Notes under the pieces: model-generated
The model's database searches: none
What the model was told of the DNA's origin: nothing
Seen by the model: the letters and a program-made list of their open reading frames with translations, nothing else
Shown: in pieces, positions 11,552-24,007 of the stretch
Layout: the number at the start of each line of letters is the position of its first letter
Numbering within the stretch: position 1 is the first letter of the stretch
Source: Takakia lepidozioides
Lineage: Eukaryota; Plantae; Bryophyta
Assembly (NCBI GenBank): GCA_030704615.1
Contig: CM060734.1
Coordinates: 38,378,001 to 38,442,000 of the forward strand
Direction: 5' to 3'
DNA: 64,000 bases
Position numbers and translations under genes: made by a program

Positions 11552-14500
11552 ATGGTAAAACTTGTTGCAAACGTCAAACTGGAGAGCTCCAGGGGCATCG
11601 TGGGGAGCCCTTGTTTCCAGCGGAGGAGAAAGAGAAGGAAGTCATTATACTTCACGAGTTCTAGAAACAGGAATAGAGCTAGATATAGAATGAGGATGGA
11701 AAGAGTGGAGGAAGAGGAAAAGGAGGAAGAAGAGGAATACAGGAAAGTGTGGCGATGGAGGAGCAGGAATCTGGAGAAGAACAACAACCCACCATAGTTC
11801 CAGGAACAGGCGAGGAGGACACTGCGTCTGAGGGAGAGACAGACGACATGGAGGAAGATGTTGACACTGGCCTCACGAACGATCTGACCACGGGAAAGAG
11901 GAAGGGGGAGAGGCTCACCTACATAGTCGGCGAAGAGAGCAGCCCCAAGCGGAAAGCGTCCCCGGCAACTGGGGAGTCTTCTCGAGTAGCTACGAAAAAG
12001 GTAAAATCCACACGACCCATATTTGTGAAGAATTCGGCTTTGAATGGCAGGTATTTTGTGAAAGAAAGAACCATTGGTCTTGCAAAATTTGGTCTTGATG
12101 TCTGTTATGTGAGGGTGAAAACGAACCCTTCACTGCCAGCCCAGACAGTGTGCGGCAACGCACACTGTTTGAGCTGAGCATTTCAATGTTTCTGGGTGCA
12201 AAATTTGGACTTCAGGGGCACCTGTGTGAGTGTGAAAAGAACCCTTCACTGCCAGCCCAGACAGTGTGCGGCAACGCACACTGTTTGAGCTGAGCATTTC
12301 AATGTTTATGGGTGCAAAATTTGGACTTCAGGGGGCACCTGTCTGTGAGTGTGAAATGAACCCTTCACTGCCAGCTCAGAAGTGTGCGGCAACGCACACT
12401 GTTTGAGCTGGGCATTTCGGTGTTTTCTGGGTGCAAAAATTTGGTCTTTGCTGTCTGTTATCTGAGGTTGAAATGAACCCTTCAAACCAGCTCAAACAGC
12501 GTGCGGCAACGCACAATGTTTGAGCAGACCTTTTCAATGTTTTAGGGTTCAAAATTTTGGTCTTGATGTCTGTTAGTGTGAAATGAACCCTTCACTGCCA
12601 GCCAGACAGTGTGCGGCAACGCACACTTTTGAGCTGAGCATTTCAATGTTTCTGGATGCAAAATTTGGACTTCAGGGGCACCTGTGTGTGAGTGTGAAAA
12701 GAACCCTTCACTGCCAGCTCATACAGTGTGCGGCAACGCACACTGTTTGAGCTGAGCATTTCAATGTTTCTGGGTGAAATATTTGGACTTCAGGGGCACC
12801 TGTGTGATGTGAAAAGAACCCTTCACTGCCAGCTCAGACAGTGTGCGGCAACGCACACTGTTTGAGCTGAGCATTTCAATGTTTCTGGGTGAAATATTTG
12901 GACTTCAGGGGCACCTGGGTGAGTGTGAAAAGAAACCCTTCACTGCCAGCCAACAGTGTGCGGCAACGCACACTGTTTGAGCTGGAGCATTTCAATGTTT
13001 CTGGTGAAAATTTGGACTTCAGGGGCACCTGTGTGAGTGAAAAGAACCCTTCACTGCAGCTCAGACAGTGTGCGGCAACGCACACTGTTTGAGCTGAGCA
13101 TTAAAAATTTGGACTTCAGGGGCACCTGTGTGAGTGTGAAAAGAACCCTTCACTGCCAGCCCAGACAGTGTGCGGCAACGCACACTGTTTGAGCTGAGCA
13201 TTTCAATGTTTCTGGGTGCAAAATTTGGACTTCAGGGCACCTGTGTGAGTGTGAAATGAACCCTTCACTGCCAGCTCAGACAGTGTGCGGCAACGCACAC
13301 TGTTTGAGCTGAGCATTTCAATGTTTCTGGTGAAAAATTTGGACTTCAGGGGCACCTGTGTGAGTGTGAAATGAACCCTTCACTGCCAGCTCAGACAGTG
13401 TGCGGCAACGCACACTGTTTGAGCTGAGCATTTCAATGTTTCTGGGTGAAATTTGGACTTCAGGGCACCTGTGTGAGTGTGAAAGAACCCTTCACTGCCA
13501 GCCCAGACAGTGTGCGGCAACGCACACTGTTTGAGCTGAGCATTTCAATGTTTCTGGGTGCAAATTTGGACTTCAGGGCACCTGTGTGAGTGTGAAATGA
13601 ACCCTTCACTGCAGCTCAGACAGTGTGCGGCAACGCACACTGTTTGAGCTGAGGGTGAAAATTTGGACTTCAGGGGCACCTGTGTGAGTGTGAAAAGAAC
13701 CCTTCACTGCCAGCTCAGACAGTGTGCGGCAACGCACTGTTTGAGCTGAGCATTTCAATGTTTGGGTGAAAATTTGGACTTCAGGGGCACCTGTGTGAGT
13801 GTGAAAAGAACCTTCACTGCCAGCCCAGACAGTGTGCGGCAACGCACACTGTTTGAGCTGAGCATTTCAATGTTTCTGGATGCAAAATTGGACTTCAGGG
13901 GCACCTGTGTGAGTGTGAAATGAACCCTTCACTGCCAGCTGCACACTGTTTGAGCTGAGCATTTCAATGTTTCTGGGTGCAAAATTTGGACTTCAGGGCA
14001 CCTGTGTGAGTGTGAAATGAACCCTTCACTGCCAGCTCAGACAGTGTGCGGCAACGCACACTGTTTGAGCTGAGCATTTCAATGTTTCTGGGTGAAATTT
14101 TGGACTTCAGGGGCACCTGTGTGAGTGTGAAAAGAACCCTTCACTGCCAGAGACAGTGTGCGGCAACGCACACTGTTTGAGCTGAGCATTTCAATGTTTC
14201 TGGGTGCAAAATTTGGACTGGGGCACCTGTGTGAGTGTGAAATGAACCCTTCACTGCCAGCTCAGACAGTGTGCGGCAACGCACACTGTTTGAGCTGAGC
14301 ATTTCAAATGTTTCTGGTGCAAATTTGGACTTCAGGGGCACCTGTGTGAGTGTGAAATGAACCCTTCACTGCCAGCTGTGTGCGCAACGCACACTGTTTG
14401 AGCTGAGCATTTCAATGTTTCTGGGTGAAAATTTGGACTTCAGGGGCTGAAAAGAACGCCAGCTCAGGACAGTGTGCGGCAACGCACACTGTTTGAGCTG

Positions 14501-17500
14501 AGCATTTCAATGTTTCTGGGTGCAAATTTGGACTTCATGGGCACCCGTGTGAGGGTGAAATGAACCCTTCACTGCCAGCCCAACAGTGTGCGGCAACGCA
14601 CACTGTTTGAGCTGAGCATTTCAATTGGGTGCAAAATTTGGACTTCATGGGCACATTTTTGAGTATAAAATGAACCCTTCACTGTCAGCTCAAACAGTCT
14701 GCGGAACCGCACACTGTGTAGGCAGAACATATGAATATGGAAGGGCGCAACTTTCGGCCCTCATGGGCAGATATTTGAGCAGAACTTTTCAATGTTCTTT
14801 CCCTGTGTAAATCGGGAACATAGTGCATGTCCGTGAGGATCAATGAACACTTATCTGGCAGCTCAAAGAACACTTATCCCCCACTTTTTCATGCATCGGT
14901 CGACGTTTCATTCCTCTCTCTTATAAGAATTTGAGTGAACAACCTTGCAGGGGAAAATGCAAAGTGTGGCGGATGAGGTCCCTCAGGGTCAGGGGAAGGA
15001 GACCAAAGATGATGTTGACGATGAGTTTTGAAAGCAAAGCCGCTGAGATGCTGGGGGTCAAAAGGTGAACTCTCAGCTTGTGGTTCAAAGTATGCTTGCT
15101 CCTGGTGGGAGGTTGAAGATTCCCCTGTGTAGGTTGGTTTCCATGCCCGTCGTTCGTCCACCCCTTGTCAAAGACATTCTCAAGCTGGAGGCCGAGTTTG
15201 TTCATGGGTATTTGGATGATCCGCGGTCTTTTACGTTTCTACTAGGGATTCAAGAGGTAACGAGCTCCTTGTTGATGAGTCAATCGTCGACTCCTGGGAC
15301 CCCATTTGGAGACAGGTGAACGAATCCTTCGAACTTCTTCTCTCCAGAAAACCTTCCACCCAGGTATTCTCGGGGAAGATGTTTCACGTTTGGGATGGCA
15401 ACCACCGGTTGCTTGCATGGATGGCTGTCATTGGGAGGCTGCACTCACAGGAGGAAGAGTGGCATTACTCTGTTCGATCGATGGTGCTTGATTGTGACGA
15501 CAACATGATGGGTCTTCTGACGGCAATGAATGATGTGAACAGGTTGGTTTCTCATTGTACACGTTGCACTTCTGGTTCCGTTCTTCCTTGATTGAAGTCC
15601 TTGAATTACATTCTGAAATTCAGATATCATTCTGCAGAGGGACGGAGACATCGCATGTCAAAACGAGTCTGGTTCACACACTGTATAGGATACAAAGGAT
15701 CGGGCAGATGCCCTTGACCAACTTCAAGACCATCCTTTCGGCAGAGATGTATAAGAAATGCGAAAGCTCCAAGACTTCGGAAACATGGTACTCGTTGACC
15801 CGTGAGGCTTTCATGGAGTACATGTACACGGTGAGATACATCTTCCTTCATCTGGCCTTTCCATATTCCTGCTTCCACATGTTTGTTTCTCTCTGTCTCC
15901 CTTGACCTTGGATTGATGCAACTCTCTTGCATTCCCTTGCAGCAAGACATTGCAGATGCAGGGGAGCGTGGCAAACTGGAATACTACAGCTCTACCCCTG
16001 AGGAGAGAAGGACAGCAAAGGGGTTGAAAGTCACATCCAGAAGGAGATGAACGCTACAAGAAGGACAATAATGAGTGCTTTTTGAAGCAGTTGAGAATGG
16101 CCGACCCATCATTCGGGCCGCAGTTTCTGGGAGAAAAAAACCATTATAACAAGCCAGGCAAGCCGGAGATGGCCCAGGAGAAGTTGCACAGGTTGTCTAC
16201 CGCCGTCGTGTCTTCTGAACAGAAGGTGAAGTGGCTGCAGATATGGAACTCCGATCCCACAGTTAGGGATACCCCACATGTTCCAAGGCCAGAGAAGGAG
16301 AGAAAGACCCAGCGTGTCGTTCCTGTCAGTGACAATGTGCTGGACAACTGGCTTCACAAGGCCACTTACTGGAGCCAGGTGTGATGTCCTCTCGTATCTC
16401 ACTTTCTTTTCTCTTTTCCTGTCCTTCTCTTCCCATTGCCTCTTACATTCGCTGTGACTGTTTTTGGGTTCATTCTTCCATTTCAATTTTTTTGCAGTTG
16501 GAAGAAAGGGCCCGATCGGTTCTGCATACTCAGCTGGCTGACTATGGCATCACTATGACAGCTCCGAAGGTCTCCTTCGAAGCATACATGAGGAAATGGA
16601 GAGCCACAGTGTGGCACTCTGGTTTCTTTAGAGAGTTCAGCAAGGAGGGTGGCATCAGTCGAACAAATGAGCTTGACCAGCAGGAAAAAGGAGAGGAAGC
16701 CTGGAAACGATGCCTTTACAGGTGCACACCCTTGCACTCTTTGCTTGTGTTGTGGTTGCAATGTGTGTGTGTGGCATACTGTTTAAGGGGGTCTTCCTGG
16801 TGTGTTGAAAAAGCTGGGACACAATATGTGCATTGGATAATGAGGCTGTGTCTGTTCTGCAGGTACATTAAGTTTGTTCTCCTGGAAGAGAATTGCTTGG
16901 ACAAACATCCAGATTTCGTGGACCTTTGGCTTGTCCCTGCTGGCAACCAGACCATGTTCACTGCTGGGATCTTGCATGACTGGGGTCCGGACCATCTTTC
17001 TTCTTGTGGTTGGTATTTGGATTGCCCTCCTTCAGAGACCCCAGCTGTAGAGTTGTCTTTGAGGAGAGAGAATGACCGTATTGCAGCCACTGCCGCAGCA
17101 GCGGACCTCGACATTCATGAGCGTAATCTGAGGACTCTTGCAGAGAAGGAGCCTCCGCTCAGGATACCCGGGTAGAGGAAGAAAGGCAAAGGGAAAAGAT
17201 GTTGCTGGTGGTGTTGTGGGGACGGGAAGGGGTAGGGAAGGTGGCACAAGGGCAGGGAAGTGTTGCAGCTATTGGCCCTGTGGAGCATGTCCAGCAGACT
17301 CCACCGCATGGTAGGGGATCCGGGAGAAAAAACAAGGGGTGGTTGATCCCAAGGACCCGTACCATGCAGTGGAACATCCCACGAGGGTCATTCGTCCAAC
17401 CAGGTTGGAGATTGCCAACGTCGGGTTCCTTGCCATGATGGAGTCGAAGAAATCTGATTACAAGGGCGAGCCATCACCAGTGTGGGAGAGGATTGTCGAG

Positions 17501-18652
17501 TTCCTCAGCACGGTGCGTGTTCTCTTTGGGTTCTGTGGCTTCTGCTCTCTTTGTCTGCTGTGGGCATGGATCGTTTATAAACTTGTCAGAATTCCATTGT
17601 ATTTTTGTTTGCAGGCTAAAATGACCAAATCGTGGTGAACGGGAAGGAGAAGCCATATGCAGCGGAACTCATCATCTTGGACATCCCTGATGGGTTGGCA
17701 GTCCCGGATATCCCACCATCGGGTGCTTGTCCGGGTTGGAATGCATTTGATGAGCGCTACTGGCGGTGGGTTTTTTCCTTTTGCAACTTCTTCCTTTCCG
17801 ATGCAGGTGTTTTGGTTCTCATCCAGTCCATCGATGTTCGGTGTCGCCGTGCCCTTGCCAGCTATTTGAAAGCCTCGGGCATGAGAGTCGTGAAGACATG
17901 GAATTGTGTGAACAGCATGTACCTTACGAAGGGGGATCGTCCGGGAGAGATGGTGAGTTTCCCTTCTTTTTCCTCTTCTTTTTTGTTCTGGGATTGTGTT
18001 GTGTAGGTCGCTCAAACTCATATGTAGGGGCCCGATTTTTTTTGGTTCTTAGTTCCTTGTGGATGTCATGTTCGCAGACTCGTCTGTTTGAAGCTGTTTG
18101 TCTCGTCCGGGTGCATCCACCAACGACTCCGGCCGGCATTACGGAGTTTGCCATCACTCACGGGGCAAGTTCATAGATGACAGGACAGATCCTCCCACGG
18201 ATGACATGCATCACAACTACGTCGACAGCAACGTGTGCTTGCGAAGGGGGAATGGGGTTCCTTGGAGAGGGGCGAGGGAGGAGCCCCGGCTTTCATTCAA
18301 ACGATTGTGGAGTGCTGCACCTACACAGACGCCAGAGTTCTGGATTTGTCGATGGGCACAGGTTCGTCCCTTCAACATTCACATTTCATGAGGATTGAGC
18401 TTGCACTTTGCAACTTTTTGTTCGAATGTGTGTCTGCTTACTTCATTCTATTCCGCAGGTGCTTCGTACCACGCTTGCAAGGCCAGTGCGACATGTCTTT
18501 GGGATTGAAGGGGATGCTGAGATTTACAAGAAACCTCCTGATGGGTTTGGGTGGACACACTTCTCAGGTCCTTCCGAAGCCCCCGTCCCGCTGATACTGG
18601 TACAGAGGAGACTTCTGACAAGGAGCTGGACTCCGACTTTGCCTGTGAGTAA
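11552..18652 (+). pseudogene. Multi-exon ParB/Srx-like + beta-class amino (N4C/N6A) DNA methyltransferase fusion gene
   Basis: Exon 1 is basic then acidic (11552-12000, donor AAG|GTAAAA; acceptor TTGCAG at 14950). VWDGNHRLLAW at ~15388-15420, IILDIPDG at 17671-17694, then WRGAREx..FIQTIVECCT..ARVLDLSMGTG|ASYHACKASARHVFGIEGD. GT-AG introns are shared with the paralogs. The 3' end DFACE* is tentative. Confidence 0.78.
12080..14730. repeat. Tandem array of ~24 x ~116-bp units, each with an ~18-bp-stem palindrome, in intron 1 of the ParB-MTase gene
   Basis: Each unit contains CAGCTCAGACAGTGTGCG-GCAA-CGCACACTGTTTGAGCTG. Copies counted by eye. Confidence 0.95.
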
Positions 18653-19442
18653 GTTGAACCTGTGCATGCTTGCATTGTTGTTTTTCATTATCGAGAATCG
18701 CTGTTCTTGAGGCAAAGTGCAAATGGGAGACATCCTCTTCGTTGGACTTGTGCATTGCATCATTGTGTTAAAAATGGAATTTTGTGGACATGTGTAGGAG
18801 TCCGCGTGCTTCCACTTGCCCTCCTGGGCTATCACACCTATTTGGACTTGTTTTCAGTCCTCCTCGGTCTTGTGTGCTACCTGTCTATGCGGGGCACTCG
18901 CAGCAAGCATGTCCGTTCATGGCACTCAGAGTCCACCTTGCGATGGCCTTCGTAGAACACGTGGTGTTGGGGCCAGAATCTTTGTAGATGACATAGCACA
19001 GGAGGTGGACATTGATTGTGATGACTGCGACACTTGATATGAAGTATTCTTTTGGTTTAATTCTGGGACAAATTTGAAATGGGATGGTTGTGTGTCCTTA
19101 TTGTCCTCTTTGCAATGTGTGCATGGAATTCACATTCATGGTTCCAAACTATTGTTGGAGATGGGGTTGCATGGACTGCCCGGATTGTTCCTTCAATATA
19201 TTTTTGTTGTTTTGTGGACCTCACAGACTTGAGTACATTGCAAAAACAAACAAACCACTTTGTTCTTCAATTCTCAATTCTCCCCACATCAACCCGCGGA
19301 AATAGGTGACCCCACTCGGAAATAGGTGACATCCGCGGAAATAGGCACTGTTTGCATGCTGACGTGGCGTGAGCCTGTGCTGGGCTCACGCTTTCCTGGG
19401 CTCACAGGCTCACGCCTCCAGGCTCACGGAATAGCACCCCCC

Positions 19443-21231
19443 CTATACTGGTACATGCAGACCCATCTAAACCATTCTTCTTAGAAGCAGATGCATCGGA
19501 CTTTGCACTTGGCGCGGTACTCTCTCTCAATACGGTACAGATGGCCGACTCCACCTTGTTGGTTTTCGTTCTCGCAAATTTTTTCCGCTGCAGGATCAAT
19601 TATGAAATCCATGACAAAGAAACTTTCTAGCGATTTATCGATGCTTTTGAGGAGTGGCGACATCTATTGAGGGAGCTAAACATCAAGTCATGTCTATACC
19701 GATCACAAAACCTCGAATATTTTTTATGAGTGCTCGTGTTTTGAATCGACGTCAAGTGAGATGAGTATGTCACTAGCAAGGTTTGATTTTGTTATTACCT
19801 ACGTCCCGGACATCTTCAAGGAAAAACCAGATGCTTTTTCTCGAACGATCGTATTTGTGCCCCAAAAGAAAGGGGATGCAGCTTTTGACCAACAAAAATC
19901 CATCATCCTGAAACCAGCAAATCTCCAATTGAATATGCTATCCATGTCCACCTATGACGATGCAGAGATCATAAAGGAGATTCATGAAGCACTGAAGAGC
20001 GACCATTTTGCTACTATCCAGGGACTATTGGTGGCCGCAGATGTGGAAACTCGTGAAAGAATTTATAAAATCTTCTTGCGACACGTTGGCTAGAGTGAAG
20101 GGACCACGACATCGACCTTACGGCCTTCTTCAACCATTACCCATTCCCAAGGGTCCATGATCGTTCGTGTCTATGGACTTTATTATGAACCTTCCAATTT
20201 CCAAGACTACCGATTCAATCCTTGTTATTGTAGATCGTTTTACGAAGATGACACATTTCATTCCATGTAATAAAACGGTTACCGGTGAGGAAACTGCAAG
20301 ACTCTTCCTCAATAATATCTACCGCATTCATGGACTCCCGAAGGACATCGTATCTTATCGAGGACCACAGTTCATATCAAATTTCTAGAGGGGATTATTT
20401 CACATATTGGATATTAATATCAACCTCTCTACAGCTAATCATCCACAGACTGATGGCCAAACCGAACGTGTAAACCAGATTTTGGAGCAGTATCTTCGCT
20501 TTACGATAAATTATCACAAAGATGATTGGACGGACCTTCTGTCATTGGCTGAGTTTGCCTACAACAACACTATACATTCTTCGATCAAGCAAACTTCATT
20601 TTTCTCCAATTATGGTCATCATCCTCGAACAAACCCTTTCCACATGAAAACTGTTGGAAGCCCTGCTGGAGAAAACCTTGCTACTTATCTTGCTACGATT
20701 CACAAAGAGCTTACATCCCACCTCGCAGAAGCTCAAAAACAATACAAGGAGTATGCAGATCAACGTCGCCAACTCCAACCCCAATTCAAGGTCGGAGATC
20801 ATGTGTGGCTTCTTCGATGGGACATACAAACCTCGCGACCATCAAAGAAGTTGGATTATCAACGCCTGGGACCATTCAAAATTATTCGACAAATAAATCC
20901 GGTCAGTTTTCGGCTTGAACTCCCACGAAGTATGCGCATCCATCCAGTCTTTCATGTTTCATTATTGGAGTTGTATCATCCATCGAATATTCCAGGGAGA
21001 GTTTTCGTACCACCTCCACCAATCGAAGTCAATCAAGAAATTGAGTATGAAGTCGACGAAGTCTTAGACTCTCGCATCAAGTATAAACGTCTTGAGTATT
21101 TCGTACATTGGAAAGGCTACGACATCAGCGAACGAACGTGGGAACCTTCATCCAACCTCGTCAATGTCTCTGACAAAGTCCAAGAGTTTCATCAACGTTA
21201 TCCAGCTAAGCCCCGAGCTACACGTCAATGA
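19443..21231 (+). pseudogene. Chromovirus RNase H - integrase - chromodomain
   Basis: LEADASDFALGAVL, SMDFI..LP, VIVDRFTKM, HPQTDGQTERVNQ, GPFKII, HPVFHVSLL, EYEVDEVLDSR..YFVHWKGY...TWEP. Confidence 0.93.
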
Positions 21232-21378
21232 GACGTCACAACGATGATGTCAGCCAAGTTAGCTTCAAGGAGAAGACTCCACATTCAATGTACCTGATAC
21301 ACGTTAAAGAGGGAGGAACACCACACATCAGTATATATAGCTACACTTCCAGCACTCTTGCATCTTGTATTGGCATCA

Positions 21379-21779
21379 TGGAGTCACAAGAACCAGATAC
21401 ATTAGAGTTGTTGCTTACCCAACTACCAGATCAGCCGTTCCGACTCTCACGACCTTCAACATCACGCCGACGCTCTCGAGACGATGGGCCACCAATGCGA
21501 CGCGTACTTCCTCGTCTGGACCCCATACGACGGCAAGTGGAGCCTACTCGAAGTCTGATAATTATGTTGGAGGTTGAGGCTTCGGACCCAGAGGGCAACG
21601 AAATCATATTTGAAGACAGCTTCGAAAATCAGAATGCTCAAATTACTGCGTGGTCCCAAGTTCAAGGTGTTGGACACTATCGATGGTTACAGGGACCTAT
21701 AAATCATTTGAGCCAAGAACGAAGAGCCAAATACTTGGCAAGTACCATTTGTCGGATTTTGGATTTTCTCCAACTCTAA
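21379..21779 (+). CDS. Extra ORF (~133 aa) between integrase and PPT, unknown function
   Basis: Open frame MESQEPD...LDFLQL*, with TATATATA ~45 bp upstream. Confidence 0.4.
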
Positions 21780-21834
21780 GCAAGTCCAAGATTTTACCGC
21801 TCCTCGAGGAACTCGGCGCTAGAAGAGGGGGTGA

Positions 21835-22464
21835 TGTAACGGACATAGCCTAGAGGAACTTACCAGGAATAAATACCAGAAGTTATCAAGTTACCATGTT
21901 ATCGAAAGTTACCATGATTTACCGTGATTTATGATGATCTACCATGATTTATCATTACTTACCAAGTTACCGGGAGTTTACCAAATTATCAAGAGTAACT
22001 TGGGAAACTACTCATGAAGCTTCCTTTGGAGGAAACTTCTCCATCAAGGTACCTCCTTTGTTTGAGGAAGCTTCTCCATCAAGAAATCTTTGTTTAATCT
22101 TGAAAACTTCTCCAGCAAGAAACCTCCATAGGGAAAGCTTCTTGGGGAAGCTTCTTAGTAGCCAGTATATATAGGAGGCGAGACTGGACACTCTTCATTC
22201 TCGCCAACATAAGTTCAAGCTACTCTTGTTCCAAGTCCAGTACTCCAGTCCAGTTTCCAATATCTGGTATTCCAGTCCAGTTTCTAGCATTCCCGTATCC
22301 GAGTCGAGTTCCAGTATTTTGTACTCTTGTCCATTGTTATAAAGATCATCTTGATTCATGTTCACCTACCATGCATTCGGCCACGCCGACCTTGACTTCT
22401 TGTCTAGTCTTGTACCTCTAGTCTGATCTCTTGTTTGTGTTCTGTCATGTTCTCGTCCTTGACA
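21835..22464 (+). repeat. Chromovirus 3' LTR
   Basis: TGTAAC...TTGACA immediately after the PPT. TATA-like box at ~22167. Confidence 0.85.
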
Positions 22465-22919
22465 GCAAGAGTCAATCCGGGTTTGGGCTGGGGTGTTTTG
22501 CAGGAGCGACACTGTGGAGTTTTTTTGGTGTGGGGGGGTTACTATTTTGATTTTCTTGTGCTTGGATCCCCTCCACACCTGCATGCTTGATTGTGCGTCA
22601 TGTTAGTTTTGTGTGGGCGCTTGTTTTCATATGAGGTTGGTCCGGATTTGATCACTAGTCAATCATAGAGCGTGTTGTCGGTGGTGAGGCTGGGGTGATG
22701 ACCAGTCATACCATCATTGTTCTCTTACAATGAGGCTGGGTTGATGACCAGCAGACCATAGGAGTGCTTGCGGTGGATGCAGGTGCAGATGCAGGTTTAT
22801 GTTATGAACCTAGTAGTGTAAGCCATAAGCTGCAACATGTTCTCTACCCGGTTACCTTGTGGAAAAGGGGATTAGAGACAGATTTACAACAGGTGTGGTT
22901 GTGAGTTTTCATCACGGAG

Positions 22920-24007
22920 GTGCCACCAGTTGCTGAGAAGAGTGTCGGTACGAGCACCAGCGATGCTAGTGGGTATACAAGACGAGGTGTGCGGTTTAAG
23001 CCACCTTCACCTTCAGTGTCTTCTGAGGAAGGTTTGGACTCAGAGTTGGGAGGATTCTCGATGAGGGTGCAAGCCATTTCCGTGCCATTGTTGTGAGATA
23101 CGATGGAGGAAAAGTATGGAGCTACCAAGGGGCCACGTTGGTACTCTGGAGCTATGGACACCATCGAGCTTGATGATTTCATACAGGAGTTTGATAGTTG
23201 GTGTGATTTGCAGCAAATGCGCAATCCACAACTGTTTATGCGCGTGGAAGGGGCTATTCCAACACCTTGAGGGGCCGCCCATAGATGATTACCATGAATT
23301 TAGGCGGGGACATGCGGTGGAGATTGAGGAATGGCGAGAGTATTGGTCACCTAATTATGTCTCCATCACTAGAGGCATAAGGACAACAGCGACACCAGCA
23401 GCTGCACAATCATCTCCAACTGCAAGCACTAGTAGTGGGACAAATGGTACAAGAGCTGGGAAATCCACTCAAGCTCCTGCTGCAGCACCAGCACTCGTGC
23501 CTGTCTTTAACCCAGTTGTGGAATTCTTCGAGGAGTTTAGGAGAAACTACCAAGGGATAAGGACAAAGAAGTTGCGGAGCTTGCAAGAGTTCCAACGAAG
23601 GTCTACTGAGAGTTTGAGGGAGGCTTACACCCACATGAGGCGCTTGATAAACGTAACCCAAGGGGTTACAGAGGCTCAGGCAGTCCAGTTTTGGTATGGG
23701 ATCCTGGACAAGGAGCTGAGGAGAAGGGTGCGGGATGCAACTCTCCTACAAGTGGACCAACCCACCTTAGCAAATGTGTTTTTGCTGGCGGAGTGGATAG
23801 AGCTTAATATGATGGAGGAGCGAGTGGTTATGGTGGGGTTTGGCAAGGAGACACGACAAAGTGGGGCTCAGAGCCAACAACAACCACTATCCCAACGTGT
23901 TCAAGGCAACAAAGGGGCTCAGGTGAAGCCCAGGGAAGGACAAAGAGGATCTCAGATGCAAAGGTCTCTTCCTTCATTCTTAGGCCAACAACAGTCGGGT
24001 GTGACTT
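22920..24007 (+). pseudogene. Family A gag (partial)
   Basis: IELDDFIQEFDSWCDLQQMRNP, LQEFQR..ESLREAY.HMRRL, FWYGILDKELRRRVR. Paralogs at 33900-35640(-) and 54390-55900(+). Confidence 0.8.

Larger units (their letters stand above)
6764..19442 (-). mobile_element. Mutator-like DNA transposon MULE-1 (12.7 kb) carrying a ParB-methyltransferase gene
   Basis: 10-bp TSD CTATACTGGT (6754-6763 and 19443-19452). Removing the element restores the pol peptide FTTAPILVHADPSKPF. Short imperfect ends carry repeated CGTGAGC. Confidence 0.92.
6079..22464 (+). mobile_element. Chromovirus (Tcn1-like Ty3/gypsy), 5' deleted, split by MULE-1
   Basis: RT, RNase H, INT and chromodomain in order, then PPT AGAAGAGGGGG (21821-21831) and a 3' LTR. 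Confidence 0.88.
5451..24007 (+). mobile_element. Ty3/gypsy family A copy 1: 5' repeat Y, UTR and gag; hosts a nested chromovirus and MULE-1; truncated by CACTA at 24008
   Basis: Starts TGTCATGGTTTTAG. Y (5451-5815) is near-identical to the reverse complement of 26566-26928 and 59581-59947. Internal sequence resumes at 22465 and matches the reverse complement of the region ending ~36089. Confidence 0.8.

Noticed and set aside
11522-12177. Stand-alone small basic/acidic ORFs (also 46223-46642)
   Set aside because: Both end at matching GT donors and are better explained as exon 1 of the ParB-MTase gene.
12080-14730. CRISPR array
   Set aside because: The sequence between palindromes is repeated rather than unique, there are no cas genes, and the context is a eukaryotic intron.
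14951-18652. Bacterial/phage contamination or a restriction-modification system
   Set aside because: The gene has conserved GT-AG introns, is TSD-bounded inside plant retroelements, and has no nuclease partner.
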